A stretch of DNA of 61,817 bases, counting the filler, from Sphacelaria rigidula (lineage: Eukaryota): the NCBI GenBank assembly GCA_964200075.2. It is 9 parts of 9 records of this genome, joined end to end, with 100 filler letters (N's around TTAATTAATTAA, not from the genome) between each part and the next. Parts side by side here need not be neighbours in the genome. Positions count along the whole stretch, not along the records: positions 6,882 to 13,661 come from CAXNAA020018121.1; positions 13,762 to 20,541 come from CAXNAA020018122.1; positions 20,642 to 27,421 come from CAXNAA020018123.1; 6 more parts are not named here. The stretch is one strand, 5' to 3'. Below the pieces are notes generated by a model, which was given only the letters and a program-made list of their open reading frames with translations, was not told the DNA's origin and searched no databases. Below, in pieces: positions 12,702-26,421 of the stretch. Position 1 is the stretch's first letter, and every line of letters begins with the position of its first letter. A program made the translations under genes and the position numbers.

Positions 12702-13338
12702 ATTTTATGGTGAGGGGGATACAGTTATCTTCGTGGTGGATTATGGAAGAAAAATGGATTGAGATTCGATGGAAGTGATAAAGGATCGGAGGGACGCAGA
12801 ATGTAGGAAGTACTCTTCTCTCGACGAGTTTGATGTTTTCAATGCTACAGTAAGTCTCATGAGCTTCACGGTAATTATTTTATGAGCATTGCTTGATTTC
12901 TATGAGGAGAAAGCTAAGATTTTTTCTGCGTGATGATATGGCCAGGACTAAGCATCAGCAAAGGAAGTTATTAGACCATTGCCGATCTGAATCCTTGTGC
13001 ATATGCACATGGGCAAATTCGGGTACATTACGGGGCATGTTGACGGTATATAAAATGTGCGGAGAGAGAGATAATCGACTAATCATGAGGTCGATATTGT
13101 GTCATGACCACACGTGCCACATAGGAGGCGATGTGTTCTGTACGCCCCTACAGCAGCGCTTCATTTTTGTCCCTGTATTTCTGCATTTTTGCATATTGGG
13201 GTTTGTACGCAGCTCGTGAAGCTTGCGCTGTCTTGATGTTGGGTGAGTCAAGGGTATACGTTGATACACGAAGAGCTACTGCGCATTCCCCTCTATCCAG
13301 AGCACCTCCTTTGAGAGGCTTTCATTACACCGTTCAAC

Positions 13339-13618
13339 ACTACGTAGTATGACTATCCCCTTCGGACGAAATACAGGTTCCTCCACCTCGCAAAGTATGT
13401 GTAGCTCGATCGTCATGGTTACCGTATATAAAACGCAAGCGCGCGAAACACAGTGATCTGTTTGCCTAGTTTACGCACTCAGTGGGGTCTTTTACAACGT
13501 CATTGCCAACCGACGCCAACCCCATAGGGGGTCCGATCCAACAAAGCCAGGACCTAGCACACCGGGTTTTCGCCGGACGGGAGGGTTGGCTGGAGGGAGG
13601 GGGGGGGGGGGGGGGGGT
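13339..13618. repeat. Interspersed repeat, non-coding TE fragment
   Basis: About 250 bp is colinear with 36372-36630, including the identical core ATTGCCAACCGACGCCAACCCCATAGGG. Related sequence occurs at 41281-41370 and 6712-6767. Confidence 0.75.
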
Positions 13619-13661
13619 GGTCGTGCGTGGCGTCTGCAGCTGACACTGCCCCCCGCCCCCC

Positions 13662-13761
13662 NNNNNNNNNNNNNNNNNNNNNNNNNNNNNNNNNNNNNNN
13701 NNNNNTTAATTAATTAANNNNNNNNNNNNNNNNNNNNNNNNNNNNNNNNNNNNNNNNNNNN
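13662..13761. other. Artificial scaffold spacer
   Basis: N44-TTAATTAATTAA-N44. Confidence 0.99.
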
Positions 13762-13833
13762 GATGCGCCCACATATCCCGAAAGGGGTAGACTGGCGCCC
13801 AGAATAAATGGGACGACAACACACACACAACAC
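13762..13833 (+). mobile_element. 3' end of the tRNA-derived SINE inside a chlD intron
   Basis: Approximate reverse complement of 22118-22190, ending in a CAA/CA tail about 40 nt upstream of the chlD acceptor. Confidence 0.7.
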
Positions 13834-13870
13834 ATGTTTCCCTTGGTTTGCATGTTTTCTCCACCGGTAG

Positions 13871-16800
13871 GTGTGCTGGATTGGCAAGAAGCGTCTGACG
13901 AAGAACTGAAGGAAATCGCAGACGAGGAAGACAACGTAAAGACGCGCATCATCTTCGCCAGGGAAGAGCTCAAGGTAAGGTATGAGGTATCCCATCTTGT
14001 TGACTGCACGTCCAAATGCCGTAGTACAGTATGGATCGCAGTCGATGTATAGCTGAGGGCTTTCGCGTTTTCTTCAATCTCGCGCGGCTCGAGTGACGGG
14101 TTATCGGTGCAACAAGGTATTGATCACGTGCGCTTTTGCTCTGTTATCTTCGTGTGCAGACTTTGAAACTATCGGATGAGCAGATTGGGTACTTGTGCGA
14201 AGAGGCCACCAGGGCGGCGACACAGGGACAGCGTGCGGAGATTTTCGCATGCGAAGTAGCAAGAGCGTCGGCAGGTGGGTCGAAGTCTTCTCGGAAAGAT
14301 CGCGTGGACGGGTCGCCCACGCGATCATTGAGTCATGTGTTTCCCACAGCCCTTACAGTGGTGTGGGTTTGAGTCTTATTACTCGTTGCACTATCTTGAA
14401 CCTCCCAACATGGCACGAACGAAATTTTATCACCGAGTTGCTCTTCATTCGCGTGAAACGAGCAGCTTTGTCAACGAAGCTGTCCCGGGTAGCCACATTT
14501 GCAGAGTATTATTTTCCATACTATTGGCCTTGTCTCGCTGTTTTCATGAACTGCACCTTTCGTCTTTTCTCCCCAGCCCTGGAGGACAGACGCGTCGGTG
14601 CCGAGGACTTGAAGCTCGCCGTTAAGCTTGCGATCGCTCCAAGAGGGATATTCATGCAGCAACCTCCGGATGACGACGAGGAGATGCTGGTGAGTGTTCT
14701 GTGTTTTCACCAAGGCTCAGCACCAGGTACCGTGCGCGCTCCCCGCGGTGTGCTTGAACGTACGTCTACGTCAGTGTTTATATACCTGTGCTACCGTCTA
14801 ACTTGCAGAGTGTGGAGGGGGTGGCTCTCTCAGGCAATAGGCAGCACGGATGGGAAGTTTATCGGAGAAAAAAAGAATAACATGTCGCGAGCGACTTCTG
14901 ATAACAGGGCGCGGTGGCAACAAAATAACTTCATACTCTTTTATTTTTTTCGCAAATATCTGCGCGTGAACGCACTTTTTTTTCCTTCTCTCCCGTACCT
15001 GCAAGTCCCCCCTCCCGTTTTCCCCTGTCTGGGTAGGAGTGCGGTGTCTCGAGGAATTAGCCCATCCCTGTTTTCCCCGGTACCTCCCTTGCACTTTGTT
15101 GTCTAGCATCGAGCCTCGGATGATGACTCATCAGCTTTCTTGCAACCGGCGTATCTCCGTCGTTTTTTTGCACGAGTCTCGCTCTCTCATTTTCGAACGT
15201 CGGAAGGCATGAGAACCCCGCCTTATATAGTATGTTCCAGTTTCAACACCGGGGCGCAGCGACCATGTCCATGTATACCGTAGCGTGTTCCTGTTGCCGG
15301 ACAAGCTTGTAGTCTCACGGCACTGAGATGTTACGCGTTTTTCGCCGGTGTTCGTTCTGTCGCAGCCACCGCCACCGCCACCGCCGCCGCAGAACAACCT
15401 TGACGAAGAACAAGAAGATGCCGAGGTAAGGTCCTTTTCTGAAGTGTATTTGAAGTATCTCATCCCTGCTGACGGAGGCGTGTTCGACAACACAAAAGTA
15501 AAAGTAATCGCCACCTCCTCGGCGGGTATCTTGGGCTGCACAGTACATTGTAGGGCATCTGTGAATTTTTAAGTGTGGATATTCGTACTGCAATCCTTTT
15601 GGACGATCTTGACGCAGCTCTTCCATTTTGACGATGATGTCGAGTACTGCATGCCCCACAAGGATCCTCACGTACAACCCAGCTACCTTCCGGTTGTGAT
15701 CTTGTTGGACCCGAACTGATAAAATTTTTATTTTTCTGGGGGGTGTTTTTCATTTTGATGTAGGACAAGGACAAGGACGAGGAGGAGGAGCCCGAAGAGG
15801 AAGAGACTCCAGAGGAGCAGGAGGAAGACCAGTCCGATGAAGATGAAATACCCGAGATCCCACAGGTACACGGTTACACCGCGGCCAGCTGCCACGGAGT
15901 TGTCTCGACTCACACGTTGTTGTTTGGTGTGTACCCGTTACTTGATCGTGATGTGGGGATAGTTGGTGTTTAACGCTGTGTTGTGATGATGACAAGAAGC
16001 CTGGTTATTCTTCACTCTTGTGTCGCACGATGTGCAGACAGATGTACAAGGCAGATTCTGCGATGATCGCTGTTTGTCTTGACGTCTAGAAGATGTTTGT
16101 GTGAGGTACCACTGGTGCACCTTTGTTACCGGGCGCAATTTTGTTCTCAAACAATGGCTGACTTCACGATAATGAGACATTCGCCGTAGTTAGCTCGTCC
16201 AGGATAAGATGAGGTACACCCTCAACTTGGCTCATGTTTATTACTACCTTCGACGCACACACCGATTCAGGAGTTCATGTTCGACATCGACGCCACGCCT
16301 ATCGACCCGGAGCTGATCGACTTCTCCGGCAAGAACAACATGGGTAAGTCCGGCGGCCGCGGCCTAATCTACTCGCAGGAGCGTGGACGCTACATCAAGC
16401 CCATGATTCCTCGCGGCGAGGTGAGGCGCAAGCTGGTCGTCTTGCTCGTGTTGTTGTGTCGACCACATGCACGCTCAAGCACATGCACCTGCTCGTACTT
16501 TCTTTCAAGGATGGTTGCCATCGAAGAACACCGTCGTGTGCGGTACTTGGAGCGAGCCCCCCGGTGAAGCTGTCGTGACGAAATACGTGAATTGCGTGAT
16601 GGGTCGTCCCAACAACCCTCCTCTCATCGACGTGGCCGATTTTTATTCGGAAATGTCGTTACTTTCATCTTCGCCTTCTCCCCGTCCCTCCCTGTGCAAA
16701 ATCTGACAACAGCGATGACGTTTGTCGATGAATGCTGAAACACAAGCCGTGGCTTTTCTTTACTTCTTTTTCAGGTTACCCGCCTGGCAGTGGATGCGAC

Positions 16801-19375
16801 TATGCGAGCGGCTGCGCCGTATCAAAAGCCGCGCCGCGAGAGGGCAAAGGTGAGGCAGCAGCTCAGCGTGCGCACTCGTCTTCGATAGCGATGGCGCGTC
16901 GAAGATGTCTGTAGCAGTTTATTGCATAGTTTCCTCACTTGGACAACTTGTGTGCCGCGCAGTAAGTCACCTCGGACTGTTGTGAAGACCATCCCAAAGG
17001 ATTGTGTTAAGCAAACTCTGTGCCAGCTGTCCGTTCAACTGCGTGAAAATTTGTGCGTTTGCGGAAAACTTTGTTTGGTGGCATTGTGACCGTGCATGGC
17101 AGGGCACTCCCGAGGAAGGAAAAGGGGTGTTCATCACACAATCGGATGTACGGGCCAAACGAATGGCGCGGAAGGCCGGGTCCCTGATCATCTTTATTGT
17201 GGATGCCTCGGGCTCCATGGCCTTGAACCGAATGAACGCGGCGAAGGGAGCAGCGATGTCCCTCCTACAAGAGGCATATCAATCACGTGATAAAATCTGC
17301 ATCATTCCCTTCCAGGTGAATGTTCAAGAAATTATTTCGTGAGCAAACCGTGCCCTCCAGTCGTTGAGGAGGATGTCTTGCAGGGTTGGCGCCAAACGGT
17401 ATTACGGTGAACTCTTGGAGTATGCTTTGTCCATCCCGCGCTCCGCAATTCTTCGTGTAGGCCGGCATCACGCACAGGTTGATGAGTTGATGTCTGTGCT
17501 GCTGCCCTGTTAGGTTTCAAGCAATTTTGTGGTCGCGAACTCGACTGCTTTGTGATTTAGCCGCGGTTGTTACGCAATATTTTTCTAGCCCCCCCCATGC
17601 TGTTTGACAATGTTGACGACGGGAGTTTGGGGATGACAGCTCTCCGCGAGAACGACATCGACAGCGTCTGAATGTATGCGTGCAACGCGTCCTCATAGCA
17701 CATTCAATCAACCGTGAAAACTGTGACCATGCAGTCTTGACTCTAATTTTGGCTTCCCTTGTTCGTGTTTGCCACTGGTACGTGATCTGTAACAGGGCGA
17801 TCATGCGGAGGTACTGCTACCGCCGACAAAATCAATTGCTATGGCGCGGAAGCGTCTCGAGACTATGCCCTGCGGCGGAGGCTCGCCTCTGGCCCACGCC
17901 ATCAACGTCGCGGTGCGAACTGGCATCAATGCGCAGAAGAGTGGGGACATCGGGAAGGTAACGTTGTGACTGCTTGCTTTGCTGATGAAACCGCAACTCT
18001 ATAATAATGAGCTGTGAGAGACCTACCCGAGACACTTTTATGGTCGGACGTCGTATCTAGGCGGCGAAGCATCTCATCTGGCAATTTCGCCGTTCGAAGT
18101 CAATTCTATTTTATCGTGCCATGGTACGGTTCGGACGAGCGGTGACAAAATGTACCATAACAGGTTCTATTCGTGGCAGTGCATTGTGACATTTTCGCAC
18201 TTGACGGTGGTAAATGCCCCTCCATACTACTTTCGAGTACCACAGCAATACGCAGACGGTACGTGGTGGAGAACCTCAAAGCTTGGATGTCCGAATGAGT
18301 ACCTGCCCTCTTTCTCCGATTACTCGCACAGGTGATTATGGTGTGCATCAGCGACGGGCGCGCTAACGTTCCGCTGTCTGTTAGTAACGGAGAACCGGTG
18401 AGCATTCCGCTGGTCGCTCAGAGCTTTTGTTTTAGTGGACGATTTGCACCATCGAACATACAGAGATGAGTTCGCACCGTATTGTCGCATTCAGTCGCGC
18501 TGGAACTTTGTGGCTGTATCTCCAAGGCCCAAGGCTTGTTTTGTTCGACAACCGGGGTCACCGGCCGGATCAACGTATGATTGCGTGGTCGTTTGTCGAG
18601 TAACACCACTCGTCGATCGAAAATATTTCAAACTATGGTACTAGTCGAGTGAATAACCGCACTGCCGATCCGTAATGGCACGTCGGTACTAGGCGGATCC
18701 CGACAACAAGCCTACCCGAGAAGAGCTGAAGGAGGAAGTCTTGAACGTCGCGAAGGGACTTCGTGGTTTGGGGGGATTCAATCTGGTAAGTAACTGGGTC
18801 GTTTTCCGTTGATAAAAGAGAACGCAAAAGTATCGTGAGCTTCCGTATCGCATCATGCGGTGTCTTGTGTCCAGATACTGGTCATAATTTACCTTGACGT
18901 TTGTGATGGTCCTCGCACAGTTAGTCGGCAGCGCTGTATTACAACCCGCGGCGTAAGCGAGTGCCTCTCTGTGCGTTCAACGTTTTTCCTGAGCTGGGTA
19001 GACGTTGAGGTCGAATGACCCTTGACCAAACTCTGGTATTTAGTTTTGTAGACGCTCTTCAAGGCAGGGTGTATGCAAGATGGGATGCTCAGGCACTTGG
19101 TTCAAGGCAAAGCGAACGTCAAATTTCTTTCTTGGCGAACGACAGCTCTTGACAGAAGTCCTCCTCTCGTTCTCGTGCTGCATCCTCGTCAATCTCACTT
19201 ATGCGCCTCTCTTATCCTCTCCTCTCAGGTCATGCTCGACACAGAGAACAAGTTTGTGTCGACGGGTATGGCCAAGGAAATCGCGGCTGCGGCGGGCGGG
19301 AGATACCACTACATCCCCAAGGCGTCAGATAAGGCGATTGCCAGTGTCGCGTCGCAAGCGATGGACGGGCTCTGA
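13871..19375 (+). CDS. chlD: Magnesium chelatase subunit D, 5'-truncated spliced gene (12 exons, ~465 aa recovered)
   Basis: GT-AG exons that join in one open frame: 13871-13974, 14160-14274, 14577-14689, 15366-15425, 15764-15865, 16271-16420, 16775-16849, 17103-17315, 17796-17957, 18332-18397, 18693-18785, 19229-19375 (TGA). The protein has the end of the AAA region ([15 protein letters not shown]), a poly-Pro/acidic linker, [23 protein letters not shown], and a vWA domain with MIDAS motif IVDASGSM plus [17 protein letters not shown] and [10 protein letters not shown]. Confidence 0.97.
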
Positions 19376-20541
19376 TGTTACGGGGTTGTTCTTCTACTGG
19401 TTTTGTGTTGAAGGTCACACCGTCACACCGTAGTCACTTGTCCAAGATAAAGATATATGGTGCCTGTCACGTGTTGTGCCGTGTTTTGTGCTGCACACGG
19501 CCGGTGGTGTCATGAGGTGTTGCAATTTAGGCGGCGATTTGCGACCGCCAATCTGTTTCTTCTCCATGCTATAGATCCATGTGGGACTTGCTCGGGTGTG
19601 GGGCGGCGAGGTATGACCGCGTGCAAGTGTCCACTGTAGCTAGCGTGTGCAGCAGCGCTAACGTGGATGCGTCGAAGAACCAGACGAATCGCCCAGGCTC
19701 GTTCACTTTAATCGTGCGCTACACCGGACCAAAATGCGTTGTGCGTTTTCCCGACTATGTTTTGTGGAACTATGTGGTCATCCGACACTATTTTTAATTT
19801 TCATTGAACTATCGCCATGGTAAATGCCCATCTCACGGCTGAGCTTCGGATCCAGTCAGGCACCGTCACGACGAGCATGGCGGTGTGTGCGGTCACACGA
19901 TCTTCACAGCGGAGTGAAACAAGCTTATGTTGTTGTCGTTCATGTCGTTTCTACCGGAACATATACCATCCGATGGTAGTTTTTGTCCATTTTTCTTTTA
20001 CTGTTGTTGTGTTGGTCACGTGTTGCTTCGTTTAGAGGGATCGATTTGGATTGTTCTCCTGGTCGTGGGCGATGAAGAAAGTGGAAATCCGATTAGAAAT
20101 TTGAAGTACAATTGACAAAATAGGGTATATAGTGCCGAACTTTGAAGAATACGGGGTACATCGAGTGTTCTCTTCGGAGCTCAAGAGGTGCTCTCGAAAG
20201 CTGTGCTAAATGCATTTTTCTCGTCTTTTGTGGTGTCATCTTTGTTTTTTCCCCGAACTTGCATCGAATGAAAGTCCCAGTACCAGATAGATGCTACTTC
20301 AGCGACGAGGGCGCCCACATGAAGTGATCGTGTATCGGATACGCAACAATCTTCTTGACCAGACGCATCGGAATGAGGCCCGTCGCGTCTGCAAGTGCCG
20401 TACTGTACAGCTTTTGCATTATAAAGTTCTTGAACTGTCTGCCACCGCTTGTTTTTCATCTACTTGTGTCCCCCACCCCCCCCCCCCCCCCCCCCCCCCC
20501 CCCCACCCCCCCACCACACGACCAAACCATAGCCCAGAAAA

Positions 20542-20641
20542 NNNNNNNNNNNNNNNNNNNNNNNNNNNNNNNNNNNNNNNNNNNNTTAATTAATTAANNN
20601 NNNNNNNNNNNNNNNNNNNNNNNNNNNNNNNNNNNNNNNNN
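20542..20641. other. Artificial scaffold spacer
   Basis: N44-TTAATTAATTAA-N44. Confidence 0.99.
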
Positions 20642-20797
20642 CATCAATTTCAAGTGAAAAACAGTATGCATAATCCAGAAAGACTAATCTCGCCGTCTGA
20701 AGGTTAAGCGGTCCAGCCTGTACTCGAAACTGCTTTCGATTTTTTTTTTCCCCCTCTAATTATTACTCTCTTTTTTTTTCTTTGAAACATTGTGCAG

Positions 20798-21217
20798 GTC
20801 CTTTCGAGGATGGCGACGACGCGTTGGAAGACGGTTCCGTGGAGGATGGCGAAGAGGCCGACGATGCTGCCGGTCAGCAACACCATTGGCATGGTCCGGA
20901 TCCAGAATCAGACGGTGAGATATTGTAGCGGGTTAAAAGTGTGACTGCAGAAGAAAAATAACGCGATTTGGGGGGAAATGAAACTGGGTTTGAAAAATAT
21001 GTTCGGGCGAGAGGGCAAGGTGGTGTTGATGAAGTCATATATTCCGCTTCTCGAATATTTCGCTGCGCTGCGTACAGTATCGAATGTTTCGTCCAATGCG
21101 ATAGACAGGGGACTCGATACTGTACGCAAAAATACACTTTTTGTCAATGTTACCTTCTCTCCAGGATATGACGAGCATACTCCAAAACGACGGCAAAGCG
21201 ACAAGGCAGGCCAGTAG
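20798..21217 (+). CDS. Probable last two exons of an unknown gene with an acidic C-terminus
   Basis: Exon 20798-20914 (CAG/GTGAG, PFEDGDDALEDGSVEDGEEADD...) joins in phase 1 to 21165-21217 (pyrimidine tract-CCAG, GYDEHTPKRRQSDKAGQ*). Confidence 0.5.
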
Positions 21218-22117
21218 AAGAAAGTTCGGTTTTGTTGGCGGGGGTTTTAAAAATACACGATTTGTCATGGGAAAAAAATCCCTCTCGACTGATCGAATTG
21301 TTGTTTAAGATTGCCCGGGGGTATGTATGATGAACGGGAGTTTTTTTCGACTCCTTTGAGAAAGAAAAAGTGGGACAAGAATCCGACGCCAGCTTTTTCG
21401 GAGTAATCTTTAGTGAGTCACCGCCTGAGGGTTCAGTTGCGCTTCTTCTTCTTTTTTCTGAAAATATTTCGATGTTTACGTGAAGGTTCCCGAGACTCAT
21501 CCATGCTCGAAAAAAAAAATCGACTCGGAATTTGAAGAAACTCGTGTTACGAGTGCTCGGCCTTCCGCTGTACCATGTACATATATGCATGATGCAGTGC
21601 TGTAGTGTAGTGTGATGCGTTGCAGTTTGGTACTGTCTGCACAGCTAGCTGCAGCGTGCGTGAGATGGGGGGCGTATTTAACTCACCCCTTTTGCGATAA
21701 ACTTATGTCTTACCGAACGTGGTCTGATTTTTAGCGGCCCGAGATCAACCGGAAAACCGTCTCTCTTGAAACGACTCTCCATCTCGGATAGAACTTTCCA
21801 AGGGTGTGTCGGGTAGGTGAATTACCCGGGTATTTACTCTCACAAAAATTGTGTTCCGCTGGTCCGATCTCCGATCTCTTCCCAAAATCTTGAGTGTTGT
21901 CGAGTACGATTTTTCACCATACTCAAATGTAGGAGTTACCCTTACCCAACATCCCGTTGGAAGTTCACTTGCCGAGTGTATTGGGTAGGGTTAATACCCG
22001 GTTATTGACTCTCCCGAATATTGTGTTGTGATGGCCCGATCTCCAAGCTGTACCCGAAGGTCGAGTTTATTTAGGCACGGTAGCAATACTCTGCCCAAAA
22101 TCTGGTTATTGTTGAGT

Positions 22118-22656
22118 GTGTGTTGTTGTGTTGTCGTCCCGTCTATTCTGGACGCCGGGCGATACCTTTCGGTGTATGTGGGCGCACCAGCCGGGGTCAC
22201 ACAGGAGGAAGGTCAACACAGGAGTTTTTCTCTTCTTTGTTTGAGATCTCCACCTTCCTTCTTCGGTGCTTGCCCTCCTTTTTTATCGCGAGAGAGGTTC
22301 AACAGTCTGCTCCTCTCGTCGACTGTGACGTCGAGTTTTGTGTACCCGCTACACAGTCGCTCTCCATTGTTGGACACTGTGTGGAAAAAAATCCCAGATC
22401 GCCTCGAGATTCGAACCCACGACCCAACCGTCAGAAGATGTCGAGGTTACCAACTAAGCCGCCGGGGCTTTTATCGCGAGAGGGATTCAATAGTCCCTTT
22501 CCCTCGTCGACCGTGAAGTCGGGTTTCGTATACCCACGACATAGTTGCTCTCCACTGTTGGGCATTGTGCGGGGAAAATCCTAGATCGCTGCGAGGTTGG
22601 AGCCCACAACCCAACCGTCAGAAGGTGTCGAGGTTACCAACTGAGCGACCGGGGCG
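22118..22656 (-). mobile_element. tRNA-derived SINE with a tandemly duplicated 5' part
   Basis: Two tRNA-like heads (~22390-22468 and ~22575-22656; B-box GGTTCGAATC in the first), a shared body, and a CAA/CA tail at ~22118-22135. Confidence 0.82.
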
Positions 22657-23780
22657 CCTGACTATTTATAGGAAGATATTATAACATCACCCACGTTTTG
22701 GGTACTGAGAGTTTGAAATTTTCAAATACCAAATTGTAAGAAGTATCGTACCCAATACACCCTTGGAACTAGGGGAGAATTTTCCCCTCCGGAAGAGGAC
22801 CGATAGGAAATGATTCCGGGAGAAGGGAAAAAAAAGGGGGGGGAAGGGAATGAAGCGACCTCTGCTTCCCAGGAGGTCGAAATGTGATACCACGCCTGAG
22901 CATGCAACATACCGCAATGATGTTTTCTGCTTTTTCAGGTTTCGTGTTTCGGTCACTCGCCTATTGCGTTTTTGAGATGATGTGCACCTTAATGAGGACG
23001 TGAAGAAAAAAAAGTTATTTTACTACTGTAGATGGTGCAGTGCAGTAGTCCCCGGGTTTGGGTTGTTGTAGGATGCTTGTTCTCCGGTGTATGACGCCCC
23101 AGTAGTTGTGGTCTACGTGTTTTAGTGGGCGGTGTTCACGTTGGCCCCGATTGATATTGATTGGTTGATTGATTGTCGCGCTTTAGCGGATCCCTCACGG
23201 ATCCAGCCGTTGTCACATGATTGGTAGACGTACTCGAGATGAACCAAGAAAAGTGTGTTGTCACTATTCATATCAATTAGTCACATGAAAGATAGTCGTA
23301 CCCGAGATGAACCTAAAAGAGTTTTTTGTCAATATATTCATATTAATAATATTACACACAGATACAGACAGTAGAGTACAGTACAGTCCGACTGCAGCAG
23401 CAGCTGCCGCTGCATACTCCCTTGCACGTTCTAGGACCCCCTCACGATCTTGGCAGTGACATCAAACTCAGTAACATTCCCCGCGCTGGTCGTTCGGGTC
23501 TGGTCGATAAATTTCGCCTCGCCGTGATTGGGCAGGTCGCTCCCTGACTTATTTTTTTACTATTTCACTAACACATGGTCAACTCCGTGTTGGAGGGGGG
23601 TCGGTCTCAAAAGGGTTGATCAATAATATGTGACCACGAGTTCGAGAGATCGGGCTAATGTGAGAAAAAATAACAGTAATGGTAATATTGATGATCACCT
23701 GGAGGTTCGAAATTGTTTGACCCGAGCATACTACACTTTCTCCGCTACTCTCCCGGCTTTCGCCTTGCCCATTATTTCAG

Positions 23781-23836
23781 GAGAAGTCCCGGCCGAGCTG
23801 ATGCTAGATGACAGCGACGAGGACGAAGATATGTGA
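23781..23836 (+). CDS. Possible terminal exon (GEVPAELMLDDSDEDEDM*)
   Basis: ATTTCAG acceptor after a pyrimidine-rich tract, an acidic frame ending in TGA, phase 1. The upstream partner exon is unknown. Confidence 0.3.
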
Positions 23837-26421
23837 TGGACATGAGTGGGGGGCGTGCTCATTCGTTGCTTGCCTTAGTCATTTGACCATTGACCACGCA
23901 CCCCTTTCGAGACCGAGCATGGGCATGAGAGGAGGGGAGGGGGAGGAAGGCGAACAACTTGGAAGAGACAACGAAAAAAAATGAAGAAAAAAGAAGTAAA
24001 TAAACAGTATTTGTATCTTGGCGCCGAGCCCGTCTGGGTCTGAATGTGTATGTTGTGTATTGCGTATGTACGTGTGTTCATGTGTTCCTAGATATATATA
24101 GTAGCATGTAAAGGGTTTTGGATTTTCACCTTTTGAAGAAAAAAAAAAGACGCAACGCTCTTGTGTTGTGAGCGTGTAGCACTCCTTGCGATTTTCGGCC
24201 TCCAACGTATGTTGTTTCTTGTAGTTCCCTAGGGTTCATTTGGCGATATGGTAGCGGTAGAGAAATACTGTACGGGAAACGATACCAGTACAGTTGTTTG
24301 GATTTTGAACAAGAATTGACGAAGGAATGTGATTGGTCGCTAATCTCGAACGATTGATGACGTCATCATAGTACATGACGTCATTTTTTGCGGAGGAACG
24401 TTTTGAGCATGGATAGCGTCATACGGAGAAATTCGTTCGGGCCAGTCAGTCAACTTGTTTCTCGGCCCGGAGAAAACTTCTCCGAAATTTACTGGTTGGA
24501 GGATAACATCGCAATAGTCCTACAGTCTGTAGGATCGAGTTATTTCCTTCGTTGTTGACGTGTGGGAGGGGGGGGGGGGGCGGTCTCGTGTGAAGATTGT
24601 GGTCTTTTCCCTTAACCATTTTTGCTTTTTGGTTTAGCGTGTAGATGAAGGAAATAAAAGNNNNNNNNNNACATTTTACCAAATTTGAGAGGTGAGAGAA
24701 TCACACCACAATTTTTCTTGGTTTGGGTATGCTGGTTTTTTCGTTTTGGTGGGGGGGGGGGGGGGGGGGGGGGGGGGGCGTCCACGGCAGAGTATGGTGA
24801 ACAATAGCCTTAACCGTGTTTGCTTTGTTGTTCTGGGAGATGATGAAATAAGTGAAAGATTATCTGTAAAGTGTGGTCAACTTGCTGCGGAGCACCCGTC
24901 TTCTTTCGTTCCCCATTTTTTCGGCGGCTGTGTTGAGCCGCAAGTAGTTGTAAGCGTCTTGAATCCGTGTGTACTTTCTGCGTGTTTGATGGGGGGGAAG
25001 GGGGGGAGTTCCAGTTTGACGGCAGCAGTAAAGCTCTTGTCTATTCCCATGGCCTTTGATAATGTGTGTATGTTCGTGTGCAACTTTCTGCTTCCATTAT
25101 TTGCGTTTTTGTCGACGTGCTTTCGTGTCGCCTCCCGCATATGTCGGAGATTTCGAGCAATCGTGTCCTTTTGGTACACAACGTCATAGCTCGTATATCG
25201 TTAATTTGGGGTTACGGCACTACCAACCTTCCCCTCTTGTGTTTCTTGTGCTGTGCGTGTTGCAGCAAGCTTTTGTATCCCGCGTTTTTCCCCATCCCCG
25301 ATCTCATACTTTTCCCCCCTTTTTATTTCATTGAAGACGGGGATTGGGAAACCTGATTCAAAACTGTAGCTCGGGCGGTTTGACAACACCGCCTCCCGTA
25401 ACACACCGAGGTGATTACCCCATCTTCGTTTGTTTGTTTTTTGTTGGGGGGGGGGGAGGGTGGAAGTTAACCGTGTCGTGTTTTCCTTGCATCAAAATGC
25501 GTGTTGGGGTTGACAAACCGCTGCAGGGCACCTCCGCAATCGTAGAACCCACGTTTTCAAGATTTTTCGAGGTCAACACGTTCGAGAACTCATGAAGCGC
25601 CCAAAATTTAATGTATGACGCACAACAGTATATATATGTGTGATGAACATTGGTCAACTTCGATTCGGGCGAGGTGTGCATGGTGGCGCAGAGGACGAAA
25701 AATATAGTCCCCCCCGGGTGGGTGGTTTCTACCGTAGGTTTGGGGGTGATGGCCACCGTTTCGGCGTATGACACGCGAATGGCAATACTGTATTGTTGGA
25801 TGGTATGGCAGCGTTTTGGTGTATTCAAATTATGAAAGAAATGAAAAATGATCCGCAGTTTTTTCTTACCCGAGGATTTAATGGACGCCTCCCCGCCAAA
25901 AAAATATTTTTCCATGGATGGTATCTGCCGCTTTGGCTTGTCACATATACGAATGGCGATGCACCTTACACACGAGCGCATCGAATGGACAACGCTTGAG
26001 CCATGAACTGCTCTTCTCTCCGATCCCCCGTTTCTCGCCACCTGGGGATGAAATTGCCCTGTCCTGTCCCCAAAGAGCCGTGATATAGTAGAGGGGTGCA
26101 AAACCTTTCTGAGCCGACGTACTGGACTTCCTGTAGATGCAGATCCTCGTGCACTCGCACTACGTATTAATAGTGCAGTCAGTTCAGACGGAGTTGCGTT
26201 TTATGGTAAGGTGATACTCTCGGAGGCGAACGCCACGGATTGTAAGAAAATATCGGGTGTTTTTTTCACAACGTGAAAGTACCTGATAAGTAAGGTTCGG
26301 TCAAGAACGTGCACCCCTACCGTAGCACGACGGCAAACAAAGAGGGTTTTATCTACAGTTTTAGCCGGTCACAAAGGATGCGATGCCTGTGAACACGTGG
26401 GAGACATCAGAACTCGTTTAC

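Noticed and set aside
14195-15106. 303-aa ORF
   Set aside because: Mostly intron read-through. Only 14577-14689 is a chlD exon in this frame.
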